A model generated the notes under the pieces. That model was not told where the DNA came from and did not search any database. It saw only the letters and a list, made by a program, of their open reading frames with translations. DNA of 64,000 bases from Parasitella parasitica NRRL 2501 (lineage: Eukaryota; Fungi; Mucoromycota). The stretch is taken from assembly GCA_025201805.1 (NCBI GenBank), contig MU619296.1, forward strand, positions 116,815 to 180,814, in the 5' to 3' direction. The position numbers and the translations under genes were made by a program. This document shows, one piece after another, positions 1 through 12,627 of this stretch. Each line of letters starts with the position of its first letter. The stretch's first letter is position 1.

Positions 1-218
1 AGAGGAAGAACAAGAAGAAAAGAGTCTGGGCAAGCCAGGGAATTTGCTTTGGCTGTACTGGATGAATGACAAAATCAAAAAGAGAGGCAACCAAGATGAG
101 GGTGATCTGAGTCTAGGAACTGAGCTAGTGTACAAGCATCAACACTGGAAGCGAGTGAAGAAAGAGTTTTTGGGCCGTTTAGCACAACCCGGAGAGAAGG
201 GCGAGACGACTTGAACAT
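1..218 (-). CDS. 5' part of an unknown protein-coding gene that runs off the window
   Basis: ATG at 218 reads MFKSSRPSLRVVLNGPK...HPHL. A short putative intron ending in a pyrimidine tract + CAG follows, then the frame stays open (VQPKQIPWLAQTLFFLFFL) to the window edge. No recognisable domain. Confidence 0.5.
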
Positions 219-927
219 TTTGTAAATAAACGATTCAGTCGACCGGCAATCATGAGTTGACGATGGTGTAAAAAAGATAATATTGAGATCATGGATGTAA
301 CATATACTATTGTGATTTGTATTCAATGCAAGTAAGCATTTCCCTCTTGTAATTTATAGCGAAAATAGGAACAAGATGTTATTTTTGAATATTATATTGA
401 CCATGATAAAAATTTCTCGGAAATATGGGGCATTAAAAGAGCATGCTGCAGACATCCAAAACCTCATTCTCGACCACATTTACGACCACGAGTATTCCTT
501 AGATTGCAGATTTATAGTAGCGAGTTAGCTATATACATAGAATTCAAAATTGTATCCAACTCTATGATTATCAAATGAATAAAAAGCCACGGTATCAGCA
601 TATCGGCTCTTTATATTGGGGATACCGGTTGGCAATATGAGATTCTCTTCTTAATAGATATAGAAGTATCGCAACTGGAAGAACGCGTAATTAAGCTTCG
701 CAAGAAATTTAGTCTTGCAAGCAGTTTGCAGCATGGAAATACCAGTCATTTAGGTATGCTTTTGAAATCGTGGTTGTATAGATTATCATCTCTTTCCTTG
801 ACTTGATTTTTTACAAACGCCCCTTGATCAAATCTAGCGTGACAGGAAAATAACAAAGGACGGCTTCTTGCAGTTCAAAAAAAAAAAGTATAAATAGGGG
901 TCTTATTCCTGCAATCTTTTGTTCTTC

Positions 928-1090
928 ATACTTACCTGGGTCGTGTATCTGAGCTCACTAATCTTGGATATACAGCGAGAGTGGTTAACATTGCACAGCG
1001 TTGACTATTCATGCTGCGAACAGCCTTCGGGCTGTCTCGAGATCATAATTTTTGTTTGGGGGGAATAAGTGGTTCGCCGCGTGTTCCCCT
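928..1090 (+). ncRNA. U1: U1 spliceosomal snRNA
   Basis: 5' ATACTTACCTG; helix H GGTC/GATC; 11-bp SL1 stem GTGTATCTGAG/CTTGGATATAC; SL2 loop ATTGCAC (990-996, U1A site); SL3 ACAGCC-TTCG-GGCTGT; Sm site AATTTTTG (1047-1054); SL4 with a TTCG loop; TATAAAT about 35 bp upstream. Confidence 0.96.
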
Positions 1091-2349
1091 GAACACATTT
1101 CCCATTATAAATTTTACACAAACGAAAAAACATTGTAAAATCAATATTCTACACCTAAAAATACATGATCTGTTTAAACTCTTTGCACATCTCTTGGTCG
1201 GTGATTTTCAGCTCCCCAAAACCAATCTCATGAAACACACAGTAGACCATAGAAAGGGTTTTGTATCGTGTAAATGTAGCAAATAGTATGAGTATGGTTG
1301 GTGATTGCACAAACGCCAGCTAGGCCAGTAATGATAAGTTTAAATCCCGACTTCTTATTTGTCTTGTTTTCTTTGGATTTGACCTCCCATTTGGCAAAAT
1401 ATCGCGATTATCACAACGATATTTGTATAGAGAAGCTGTAGCTTACGAATTAAAGTTTATACTAGCGTTGTTTGCGCATCTAATGGTACCAGTTTCAGAT
1501 TTTATTTTTTTTCACTCAAGACTTTTCAACAATCGCGAAAATCTAAATATCAGGTTTTTGTCCGAAAGGCAAATTTTTGCATAAAAACACTGCCAAGCAG
1601 ATGGCTTCACGTGAAAGAGCAAAGCTTCCTAGTTGATTTTCATTCAAAAGTGTTGTACTAAAAACTCTCGTTTTTTTAAGTTAAAATGCAGAAAAAGCAA
1701 TTCCGAACGATTCGGCTCTATAGAAGTGTTAAGACTCTGACTTATTATGGTCTTTTGAAAAACGAAAAAAAATACTTACAGGGTGTAGTGCGTGATATGT
1801 GAACTGGTTTTAGCCATATCTGCGTTACAGAAATTGACAAATAGTCCCAATAAAATCCTTCAGGGCGCTTGTTTTGGCTAGAGTTCAGTAATGGATCTTG
1901 CGCATGCTAATGCTAAACATACAAAGTCTATTTTGTATATGCTTTGCTATAGCTTGTCTGTTCTAGACCTACAAAGGCAATAGTCTTGCTATATAATATA
2001 TGGTTCAGCTTGAAGAAGGAGCGTATACCACTCATTCTGTTCCGTTCCTGAAAATTCATTTCTTGTGTTTTATACTCCAGTCAACTGCCATATATAATAG
2101 ATGGCGGGATATGATGGATTCTGAATATTCAATGTTTTTTATATATAAAAATGCAAAACCAGCCACATCTACAGCTACTACAACGTCTTCATGATGATAC
2201 GAAATACATGTATTGATTTTTAATCATTATCTTTCATGTTACAAAATACGTCACATTACTTTGTTTTGAGCATAATATTCTAGCCTTTCCTGTTCTCCTT
2301 TCATTGTCCTTTTTCATCTCTCTCTCTTTCTCCCTCTCTATTTGCCTCT

Positions 2350-2412
<63 letters not shown>

Positions 2413-2713
2413 NNNNNNNNNNTACATTGGCACTTGACATTTCATTGAATTGACATTCCGCGTTATCACATCCATCGATATTATACAATAGAACGTTCAC
2501 GGAGAGGGGAATCCTGATTGACTAGTTTTTCCATCCTAAAGATAAGGCTTTCTGAAATAAATAGACACATATACACAATTTTTGGTAACGAACATAAAGA
2601 GATCAACTTGTCAACAAAAAAGATCTCGTGAAAAAATAAAAATAAAAAAAACTAATCTGCCTGTATAATTTTAGCAAAGTTTATAATACATCAAATAAAA
2701 GGGGGGCATTAAC

Positions 2714-5700
2714 ATGAGCGGAAATATCAAAGTTGTAGTGCGATGCCGACCCCTGAACGCTAGAGGTTAGCAGCTTGATTCAAACTATGTGTGGTATTAT
2801 AACTAATGTTAAATAAACAGAGAAAGCAAGAGGTGCAACCACTCTTATACGAATGACTGGAAATCAGACAATCATCACAAAACCTGCCAGCCCAAACGCC
2901 ATTCACCAAAAGAAAAAGGGTCAAAAAGACGAAGAAGAGAGTGTCAAAGCATTTACGTTTGATAGATCGTACTGGTCTGCAGATAAAGATGACGATCAGT
3001 ATGCAGATCAGGAATTAGTGTATAATGACCTTGGAAGAGAGCTTTTAGACCATGCATTTGATGGCTACAACTGCTGTATTTTTGCATGTAGAGTAATGCA
3101 CCATGACTGAATTGGGGGGGATCTGACTAACCTTTTTATCAATATGTAGATGGACAAACGGGATCTGGAAAATCGTACTCAATGGTATAGGTATATTTAC
3201 ATGCAGCGTTTCCGACTCTACTGATGCCTTTTGATGAATTAGATGGGCTACGGCGAAGATAAAGGAATCATACCGCGAACATGTTCAGAATTGTTTGAAA
3301 GAATATCCGACCTGACCAGCAACGTCCTAAAGTTCCAGGTAGAAGTGTCATATATCGAAATCTACAACGAAAAAGTACGCGATCTGCTGAATCCTGGCAA
3401 CAAGGGCAACTTGAAGGTGAGAGAACACCCCACCATTGGACCTTATGTCGAAGATCTCTCCCGCCTTGTCGTCAATTCGTTTGAAGATATTGACCACTTG
3501 ATGAGCGAAGGAAACAAGGTAGCTACAAACAGGAATTCGGGATACACAAACAGCCAGCCAACTAATGATTAATTGATAGGCTAGAACAGTTGCTGCCACC
3601 AACATGAATGAAACATCGTCTCGTTCTCATGCAGTCTTCACACTCTTCCTTACATCTAACCGGTTTGAAGAAGTAGCCAATTTGAACACAGAAAAGGCAT
3701 CCCGTATTAGCCTGGTTGATTTAGCCGGCAGCGAGAGAGCAAACAGCACTGGTGCCACTGGCGCCCGACTCAAGGAGGGTGCAAACATCAACAAATCTCT
3801 CACCACGCTCGGTAAAGTGATCGCGGCTTTGGCAGAGCAATCATCACAACCCAGCAACAAAAAATCGCCATCAGCCCACATTCCTTATCGTGATTCTGTA
3901 CTGACGTGGCTCCTCAAGGACTCTTTAGGTGGTAACTCAAAAACAGCCATGATAGCAGCGATTTCACCTGCTGATTACGACGAAACAATGAGCACCTTGC
4001 GCTACGCAGACCAAGCTAAGCGAATCAAGAACAAGGCCATTGTCAACGAAGACCCTAATGCCCGAATGATACGAGAGCTGAAGGAAGAGCTGCAAGCGTT
4101 GCGCGATACTTTGATGATCTATGCGCCTGAAGAGGTAGAAAAAATTACGCTACAGAAAAAGTCTTCAGGAACGAGGAGCAGTCGAGCCTCATCTCGTGCG
4201 ACAGCAAGAGCCACATCTGCTTCACCCATGTTGCTCATGTCGCCCGAAAGCCCGATCACAAAGCAGCGAGGAAACAGCCTATTAACCAAGGAGCAAGTGA
4301 TAGATCAGCTGCAGTCGTCCGAGAAACTGCTGTCGCAAGTCAACCAGACATGGGAGGAAAAGATGAGCAAAACCGAAGCCATCCACAGGGAACGCGAGAA
4401 AGCGCTGGAGGAGCTGGGCGTCATTGTTGAGAAGAACAATATGGGTGTCTATGCGCCTAAATCGATTCATTTGATCAATCTCAACGAGGATCCGCTGATG
4501 ACAGAATGTTTGATGTACCAGATCAAGCCTGGAATCACCCGTGTAGGCAGGTTGGGAAGTCAAGTGCCTGCTGACATCCGTCTCAGCGGCAGCGAGATAC
4601 TGGATGAACACTGCTACTTTGAAAACATGTCGATGCCATTGGAAGAACAGCAAGACGAACAAGATATGGTCAACAACGTGGTTACTATCCACCCTATGAA
4701 AGAATCAGTTACTCTAGTCAACGGCATGCGCATCTCTCAGCCAAAGGTGCTACACAGCGGATACAGAATCATCTTTGGGTCTGGTCTCCATCACCTGTTT
4801 CGTTTCAACAACCCCGATGAGGTGCGACGAGAGCGCGAGCAGCTGCAGCAGTGTGGAATGTCGCCAAAAATCAGCACGAGCATTTTTCCTAGCATGATGG
4901 AGCGTGGAGACAGCGCTGCTCTGTCTCCAACAGGCACTTTGACACACATGACGGATGTTACGGTCGGCGGCAGCATCGTAGACTGGAGCTTTGCCCACAG
5001 TGAGGCGCTTCGGAAGTTTGGTGGCACAAGAAACACGGATTTGACTATTATGACAGACGAGGATCTCAAACAGTTGTCGGACGGTATTACTAAAGTGCGA
5101 GAATTTCGAAACAGGAAAAGGATATCATCGGATAGTCATAACCTGCTATTTGAGGACCCCGATTCTATCATGACAACCACCACTGTGTCACCGCGAACGT
5201 CGATTAGTTCCTCTAGCAACAAGCGATTTAGCGCAATCTCGTCTGTCCCTACCGTCTTTTCCGACCAAGACCAAGATAACGATGACCCCCACTTGCAGGA
5301 ACATGGCAAAGGCTTTTTGTCTGCCTCCATGTCCAAGGAGGAGAAGGACGAGCTTGTTCGCATCGCAACAGAGGAAATGCAGCAGCAGCTAGAGCTTCAG
5401 AAGCAAGAGTACGAAGAAAAGCTCAAGCTTGTCGAGTCGTCCAATATGAAGACAGACGAGCTCAACCGCGAGCGCGATGAACTTGCGGCCAAGTACGCTC
5501 AGATCAAGCAGGACATGGAAAAGGTGCTTGAGCAGCAGAAGCTGGCCTATGAATCCAAAATCAAACGGATCTCGGCACATCTGCCTCCAGGCACTGCCCT
5601 CAGCTGCGACAATCTGCTCGTGGGTTACACTGCTAAAAACGCAGCTGAAAGCTTGATGCGGGCCACAATTGAAAAGTGGCGCCAGCTGCGATTTGTCAAG

Positions 5701-8663
5701 ATGGCCGAAGACTGTCTTATTAGCGCTGTGGTTCTCAAAGAAGCCAACATCATGGCCAAGGAGCTGGGCAAAAACGTCGTCTATCAGTTTATTGTAGTGC
5801 ACGACGACATCTCGTCAAACCCGCTATCGTTTTGGGAGTCTACATCTGCATTGCAGCCATTCACACGAGAACCTGACACACATTTGATTAATGAGGCTAA
5901 ACCCTGTTTAGCAGTGCAAGTGATTGATCATGTCCACCGCGCTGCGTACATCTGGTCTATCCCCAAGGTCAAACAACGCCTAAGACGCATGCGTCGACTA
6001 TACGACTACTCGGACCGGCCGCTATTCACAGGCCAGCACTTTAACAGAGAAGACCCCTTTTACGAAACACCGTGTCCACGGTTTTCTCTGATAGGGCTGG
6101 CCCGCATTCCTTTGAGGAATTTGACGCTGCAACTGCATGCCGACAATTATGTCGACGTATACTGCAGAAACACGGGCAAAGTCATGGGCCAGATCCGCGT
6201 GCTGATTACACCAATAGCCCGGTCTGTGTCGAGAAAACTTCAACATCATCAGCAGCAGCTCTACGAGGATACGCCGCAGAGACCAAACCTGTTTTATCGA
6301 AAGAAATCGTCGTCCAGCATCCTGTTGCAGCAAGATCAAAAGCATGTACTGGGCGAAAAGTACCTGCTTCACATTGGGCAGCAGCAGGTGTTCGAAATAC
6401 GTATACAAGAGCTCAGAGGTGTTTCAGAAAACAACTTTACCCAAGTCCACGCTCAGTTCAGGCTGTCTTCCTTTGGCAACGTGGAACGCTACGCTACTGC
6501 TGACAAGATATACCAGACAGATCCCATCAGCAACTTTGGAGCGGACCCGGTTGTCTTTAACCAGTGCCAAACCTTGTCTGTCAATATCACCGAAAACATG
6601 ATGGACGTCATCTTGAATCAAGGGCTTACCGTCGAAGTCTACGGCCAGGCACAGGAAGACTACCTCTATGGGTTAGTAGAACATGTAAGTAACAGTAGCG
6701 GCGCGAATAGTAGAAATGCGTCACCCACGACACCGACATCTGAACAATCTGAATTATTTGCAAAGGCGGTTGCATCTGAAGTAGGCAACAGTGGCAATGT
6801 ACCAGCCAGCAGAAGAGTCTCCATCGATAGACGATTTACAGAAGAACAGAGCACATACGACGGCATACTTATGGAAGAGAGACATGATGTTTTGGCCTGG
6901 ATCCAGATCTGCGAGCTGAATTCTGACGGAGAATATGCGCCTGTCAAAGTAATGCATACAGAAGTCAATGACTACCAGCATCACAACCACCATGTCAAAC
7001 ACCGCCAAGACGTATTCTGTCTTCGCCAGGGTTTACAGCGACGTCTTGCGTTGACTTTGTCGCACGATTCCGGAAAGAAGTTCGAATGGCTAAGCATCAC
7101 GCAAGCAAAGATCGGCAACATACGGTTAATAGACAGCAAGGGCCGCCTGACAGACTCCCCGCCACATCCTCCCGTTGAAATCCACTTGTTCCCTGATCAA
7201 AGCGAAATCACGTATGAACGAAACGGAACATCCAAGATGACAGCTCAGGGCCCATGGGACAGCTCCCTGCACGATTCGCTATTCTTGAACCGAGTAACAG
7301 CTGCAGGCCAAAGGGTTCGGTTGACATTGTCGTGGCAGATTGAATGCGACAAGTGCGTGGCGCCACTGCAGTTTGAGATGGACATTTCGGTCCAAATTCA
7401 GGCTCGAGATGCGACCATCAGTGCGTCGGCCTCATCATCGTCTGTGTTTAGACAATTCCTGCTGGGTGGAGGAGACTCTGACTCGAATGGACGTGTCAGC
7501 AAAACTGTGTATAAATCAAGTGGGCTGTTCACGGTGCAGCTGAAGCCACCTATGACTCGACAGGTACGAGAATTATGGCGACTGAATACAGCAAACAAAT
7601 ATGTGCGTGGCGAAGAGTTCATCGGTTCCTGGAAGCCCCGTGGTGTCTCGCTTATCACTGACTATCGGGCTGCACGAAAACGCATGTTGCACCGGGAAAG
7701 CGTGGCTGCATTTAGACATTCTTTGGTTTTGGCAGGGCATCCACAAACCAAGGTTATCCAGCGCAGCCAGTCTGACCATGCGCTTACGCTCCAATGCCAT
7801 GGTGCTACTCATATTTCTAAAATCAACGATACTGATATTACACTCGCCAAGAAAAAGACAGAGCCTGAAGCATTGCTCAAGAAGGCGCTTGAATTATGGA
7901 GAACTCAATTTGGAATACGAGAAGAAGTAGGTGTACATTTGAAATGCGTGCTGCACAAAAATATTAACGCCTATAATTAGATTGTGTTTAGCCAAGATCC
8001 ACCAAGCATCACGTCCCTGACCGGCTCTTCAAGCACAAACAGCATCAGCAGTGTCAAATCTTTTAGCAAAAAGTACTCAAAGATCAAGCTAACATCTGAC
8101 ATCCAGCAATTGCATCCTAGGTATGCTTTCTACGTAAGGAATAACGTCCGTTTTCTAACCATTCATTTGCAGCGATACAGTCACCAAGAAGGGCTATTTG
8201 CTACACCCTGAAAACGTGGACGATGCATGGCTAAAGCACTGGTTTGTGCTTCGACGGTAAGATATTGTTCAAAATATGGGTTGGTATTAGAAGCGCTGAC
8301 TGTGTGCAATGTAACACGCATAGTCCGTTTATTATTATTTATCAAGATCAAACTGAATTGGAGGAAATTGGCGTGTTTAATCTATCCTCTGCCCGGGTAG
8401 ATTACAAGTCTGATTTGGAAGAAATGCTTCAGGTACGTTCTTGTTTAAAACTACAATGAGGGTTGTTTCCTCTATATTGAATTCTAAATTGGATTTTAAT
8501 ACCAAATTATTGCCTGCATAAATAGAAAAAATACACGTTTGCGATTTACACCAACAACAATGCCTATTTACTGCAAGCAAGTGATTTTGAAGACATGAAA
8601 GATTGGATTTCAAAGATCGATCAGTTTTATCCTGTAAAGAAACTCGAAAATTTAGCCTCGTAG
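2714..8663 (+). CDS. Kinesin-3 (Unc-104/KIF1 family) motor with FHA, stalk and C-terminal PH domain; multi-exon
   Basis: [13 protein letters not shown] start, GQTGSGKS P-loop on a small exon, [36 protein letters not shown]-proximal HLINLNEDP, and PH exons ending ...[19 protein letters not shown]. Confidence 0.95.
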
Positions 8664-8731
8664 TTTTTTGTATATATTATTATAAAGTGTCTGTTATTGT
8701 TATTATTACTGTTATTAAGGAGGCCTCTTTA

Positions 8732-8734
<3 letters not shown>

Positions 8735-8804
<70 letters not shown>

Positions 8805-8837
8805 TTTTTTTTTTTTTATTTTTTTTTTTTTTTTTTT
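8735..8837. repeat. Long poly(T) tract (others at 2353-2412, 42972-43045, 57817-57884; poly(A) at 50791-50822 and 60119-60183)
   Basis: Directly visible; exact lengths may be assembly-dependent. Confidence 0.9.
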
Positions 8838-9051
8838 CATTCTGTATATTGAAAATACTCCTATGATGCTGTGTTGAATAAAGCAATTTTACCTAATAGC
8901 ATATTACCTTTTGTTGCTCCTCGTACACGTGAAATTTGTTTCCGAGTAAATTTAGCGAGAGCTCATCTTTTAATGCAGGTATTTCTTTGGTTTCTCTCTT
9001 TTTCCTTTCGTTTATCTCTTTCCCCTTCTCAATTAATTATCACCAAAAACC

Positions 9052-10759
9052 ATGACAGATTATCAATCAAACAATCATGTTCATGGTTGGCTAAAAGATG
9101 TGCCCGGTTACCGGGAAAATTATCGAAACCAGAGAGAGATGATGCAACAAGATGACTCAAAGAACTTCGTGTAAAGTGTATTCCAAAGTATATAAATATA
9201 TAAAACTGCTATTGTTTTGGTCAGGATTTTAATAAAATGAGAAAAGAAAGAGAAAAAAAAAAGGGCATGAAAAAGGGGCTGTGTGTACAAAATCACAAAA
9301 GGAGAAAGCGTTTATTATATGTGTGTCAAAGGAGAAAAGCAGGGTTCTAATCCATTTATTTCATGTACAATATATAGTTCGCCGCAGAAAGAAAGACCTT
9401 CATCATTAGCCTCCATCAGCTCTGCGGACAGCATAAATTTGGATGACTTGATTAATGCCAACTTTACGACTGACATGGACGACGAAACCGATTTATCGGC
9501 ATTGGCTTCATTGGAGCTGGATGATTCGAATGAGGATTTTTGGAAGATGGACAATGTAAGCATTGAATTTCAAAGCATTTTATCGGTTAATTTACGACTT
9601 TCCATGTAGATTTTCAATCATCATATCCCTACTTCAGAGAAACCGAAAATTCTGCTCGACAACGGTAATAGATCAAGATATGAAAGCGAGGAAGAGTCGG
9701 ACTCTAACAATACTAGTGCAGAGGATCTGCATGAAAGCCCTCTTTATAACAACGTATGTACTCTGATGCTCTTTACAAACTCTAAATGTATATGCTAAAC
9801 TTCCATCTAGGCAACCGAGCATAGCTTCCTTGATCCACTTGATATAAACACTCCTGCAGATTATGGTAACTGCAACATAACATGGCATACAGACACCGTG
9901 CTCATGCCCATTCATTATCATAGACGTGCGCTTTTCAAATATGCACCTATCTTCGCCGAGTTCTCCGCTAAAGAGGTCCGATAGATTTGGAAGCTTTAGC
10001 AGTGAAAACAGTATGAACTCTCTATCGACAATTGTTGCGGCAAACCGTAACGCTCAACGTCAAAATGTCTACCCAAGCGCATCGACATCCACGTCGTCTG
10101 TGAGCAGCCATTCAACGTGCAAAACAAGCCATTCCTCCTTCTTTTCTCGGCCTGCAATGACCAAATCTGAATCAAGCAAAATTAGCAGCAGCAGTAGACT
10201 GAATGGGCCAAGAAAGCCTTCACTAGTATCAAGCATTTCAGAAAATACAGGTACATCAGCATTAATGTCATCAGCGACTCGTCTTCCGTCTCGTTCTGTA
10301 TCACAAATTGGTCTTGCTAGGCGTGCTACACATATACCAACACCATCTTCCAAGACAGCTAGTCAGTTACCATCGCCTACAAAAACAGGCCCTTCACCGC
10401 AACGAACCAAATCAACGGCATCTCTCGCGCATAAATCAAGTAATGGGAATCTAAGCAAATCTACCAATCGCATTGGACAGCCTAGCAAACGAGCCAGCCA
10501 TATCCCCTCGCCTAGTACTAAAAGAAGCACCACATCGCTTGGAATTTCGTCCATTTTCTCTCCGCAAAAGCAAGCGCAACCGCTGCAACAAAAGAATCAG
10601 CAGCCCAGTAGCAAAGAGTCTTATACTCGGCCAAACACTTCCATGAGCGCATCAAAACCGTCGCCTACAAAGTCGTGCTTGCGCACGCCCACAGTGATAA
10701 GAACCCCTACATCTTCTAGATCTAACGGTTTAAAAGCACCCAGCTCTCGTGTCTTATAA
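9052..10759 (+). CDS. Low-complexity protein (acidic N-half, Ser/Thr/Pro/basic C-half), function unknown; multi-exon
   Basis: ATG at 9052 (MTDYQSNNHVHGWLKD), GT-AG introns joining short exons to a long final exon (ORF 9926-10759) with repeated RA(T/S)HIP(T/S)PS motifs. Confidence 0.75.
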
Positions 10760-10890
10760 AATAATGAATCTAATTAATTAATAATACATCATATAAATTG
10801 TTTCATTTTTGCCCTTTGGTTGTTTTGTCATGTGGCTCCATATTATGGTAGAGAATTAAACGTTTATTAAAATATAAAGGCAAAGATGAA

Positions 10891-12537
10891 CTATAAAGCG
10901 CTCCTCTTTGTCACATCCAGGTGACCATAATGAGCAGCCTTTTTATACCATTTGGCTGCAATTTCCATTGATTTCGGCGTACCGATGCCATGTTCGTGAT
11001 ATATGCCTAGAGTGTAATAGGTCCTCGCAGTCAAAGACTTTGGTTCGATATGCTTTGAAAGCTTGGCTGCTTTGCGAGCCCATAAGTATGCTTCTTTGTC
11101 GGACTGTGTGATCAAGTCTGTCTTAAGAGACCCAGTCAAATACCAACCGGAGAGCGCAAGACATGCTTCAGGGTACTCTTGCCGTGCAGCCAAAGAGTAC
11201 CAGTAGATAGATTGCGACTCATCTTCTGGGCAGTGATAACCGCATTCGTAGCACTCGCCGAGCTTGGATTGGCTAGGCGCATAGCCCAAACGAGCAGCAT
11301 TGTGCAAGAGCTTTATGGCGTACTTTGGGTCAGGGATCATGCTTGTGCGCTCACACTCCTTGGTTAAATGAACTATGGCAAGTGCATGAAGTGCATGAGG
11401 TAACGCAATACCTCCGTGACCTCCGATTGTAGTTGCTTTGGACTTGTCAGCAGGAGCCAGCGGAGCTATGGCAGTGCAAGCAGCACGCTGAAGCCATACA
11501 ACAGCCTCACGTCGTGAAATGGGGTGGTCGCAATACCCTCTCATTAAAATCACACCCAACCTGTACATGGCGGGAACGTGCATAAGGTGAGCAGCTTTGC
11601 GGTAAAAGGTCAATGCACGAGAACTGTCTTTAGATGTGCCAATGCCAATTTCATAGCACACGGCAGTGCGATAGGTTGCTTCAGGATGGCTATACTTTGA
11701 TGCTTGGACATACCATTGAAACGCTCTCTTGTGGTTTAATGGCCAGCCTAGTGCGCCCATACCATAGCAATTACCGAGTAAAAATTGTGCTTCTGCTTCG
11801 GCTCCTTGCCCAGTATGTTTGCTTGAATGCGCCAATTGTTTTAATAGCTTTTTTGCCTCCATGACCATGGCTTCGCCGAGTGTCGTAATGGACGCAGCTG
11901 CAGTGCTATTGTGGCAAGTGCTCGTAATGGCTGTCAGCTTTAGATTGACGATAATGTCGTCGAGCATGCGGTTGCTGTGGGTCGGCTTTTCTTCTTGGGA
12001 GAGTAAGATGCGGTTGTTTGGGTCTACTTGCCTCGCACTTTCCATTAAATGCAGACACAATGCAAGCTGGGAGCTGGAATTCCCGGTCGTTTGTTCAGTT
12101 TCGCACAGCTGATGCACTTGCTCGATAGTGTCTGGAATTGGCCATTTATTGTGATATTCACTGCTGCAGAAGAATTCACTGGAAGTAGACATACCGCCCA
12201 ACAAAGACATGTTCAAGGACTGTGCCGATTCAAAAAGCAGATCTGTGGGCAGGTTTTCCATGGACTCTGAAAATACTTTTTGCTGGTGCTGCTCAATCTC
12301 GTGCAGTGAGTCTGAAGATTCTAAAAAGTCTAATGATAACCCCAGCAGTGAACTTTCCCTATCGATGGAATCTTCGCTTCGATGGGTGACAACGTCGATG
12401 GTAGGCGACGCCTTGGCCCTGGTTTTGATGACTGATTTGAGCGCTGAATTGTCAATATCGTTTGCGGCCTTTGTGTCTGTTTTAACTGATGCAGAAGCGG
12501 ACTGCCATTGCTTCCATATTGATGCCACTGATTGCAT
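10891..12537 (-). CDS. Sel1-repeat protein, Chs4/Skt5-like chitin synthase activator family; intronless
   Basis: 548-aa ORF with tandem Sel1 repeats (AQFLLGNCY..G, HPEATYRTAVCYEIGIGT, ACLALSGWYLTG) typical of Chs4/Skt5. Confidence 0.85.
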   Translation of the reverse strand: MQSVASIWKQWQSASASVKTDTKAANDIDNSALKSVIKTRAKASPTIDVVTHRSEDSIDRESSLLGLSLDFLESSDSLHEIEQHQQKVFSESMENLPTDLLFESAQSLNMSLLGGMSTSSEFFCSSEYHNKWPIPDTIEQVHQLCETEQTTGNSSSQLALCLHLMESARQVDPNNRILLSQEEKPTHSNRMLDDIIVNLKLTAITSTCHNSTAAASITTLGEAMVMEAKKLLKQLAHSSKHTGQGAEAEAQFLLGNCYGMGALGWPLNHKRAFQWYVQASKYSHPEATYRTAVCYEIGIGTSKDSSRALTFYRKAAHLMHVPAMYRLGVILMRGYCDHPISRREAVVWLQRAACTAIAPLAPADKSKATTIGGHGGIALPHALHALAIVHLTKECERTSMIPDPKYAIKLLHNAARLGYAPSQSKLGECYECGYHCPEDESQSIYWYSLAARQEYPEACLALSGWYLTGSLKTDLITQSDKEAYLWARKAAKLSKHIEPKSLTARTYYTLGIYHEHGIGTPKSMEIAAKWYKKAAHYGHLDVTKRSAL

Positions 12538-12627
12538 TTTGGTAACGATTGAGGGAAAAGAGAGAAAGACAGCAGTTGTTAGGAAAATAAATAATTTATT
12601 ACATGTATATTACACGCGGGATATTTT

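Noticed and set aside
1011-1286. 91-aa ORF
   Set aside because: Overlaps the 3' half of U1 snRNA and has no protein-like features.
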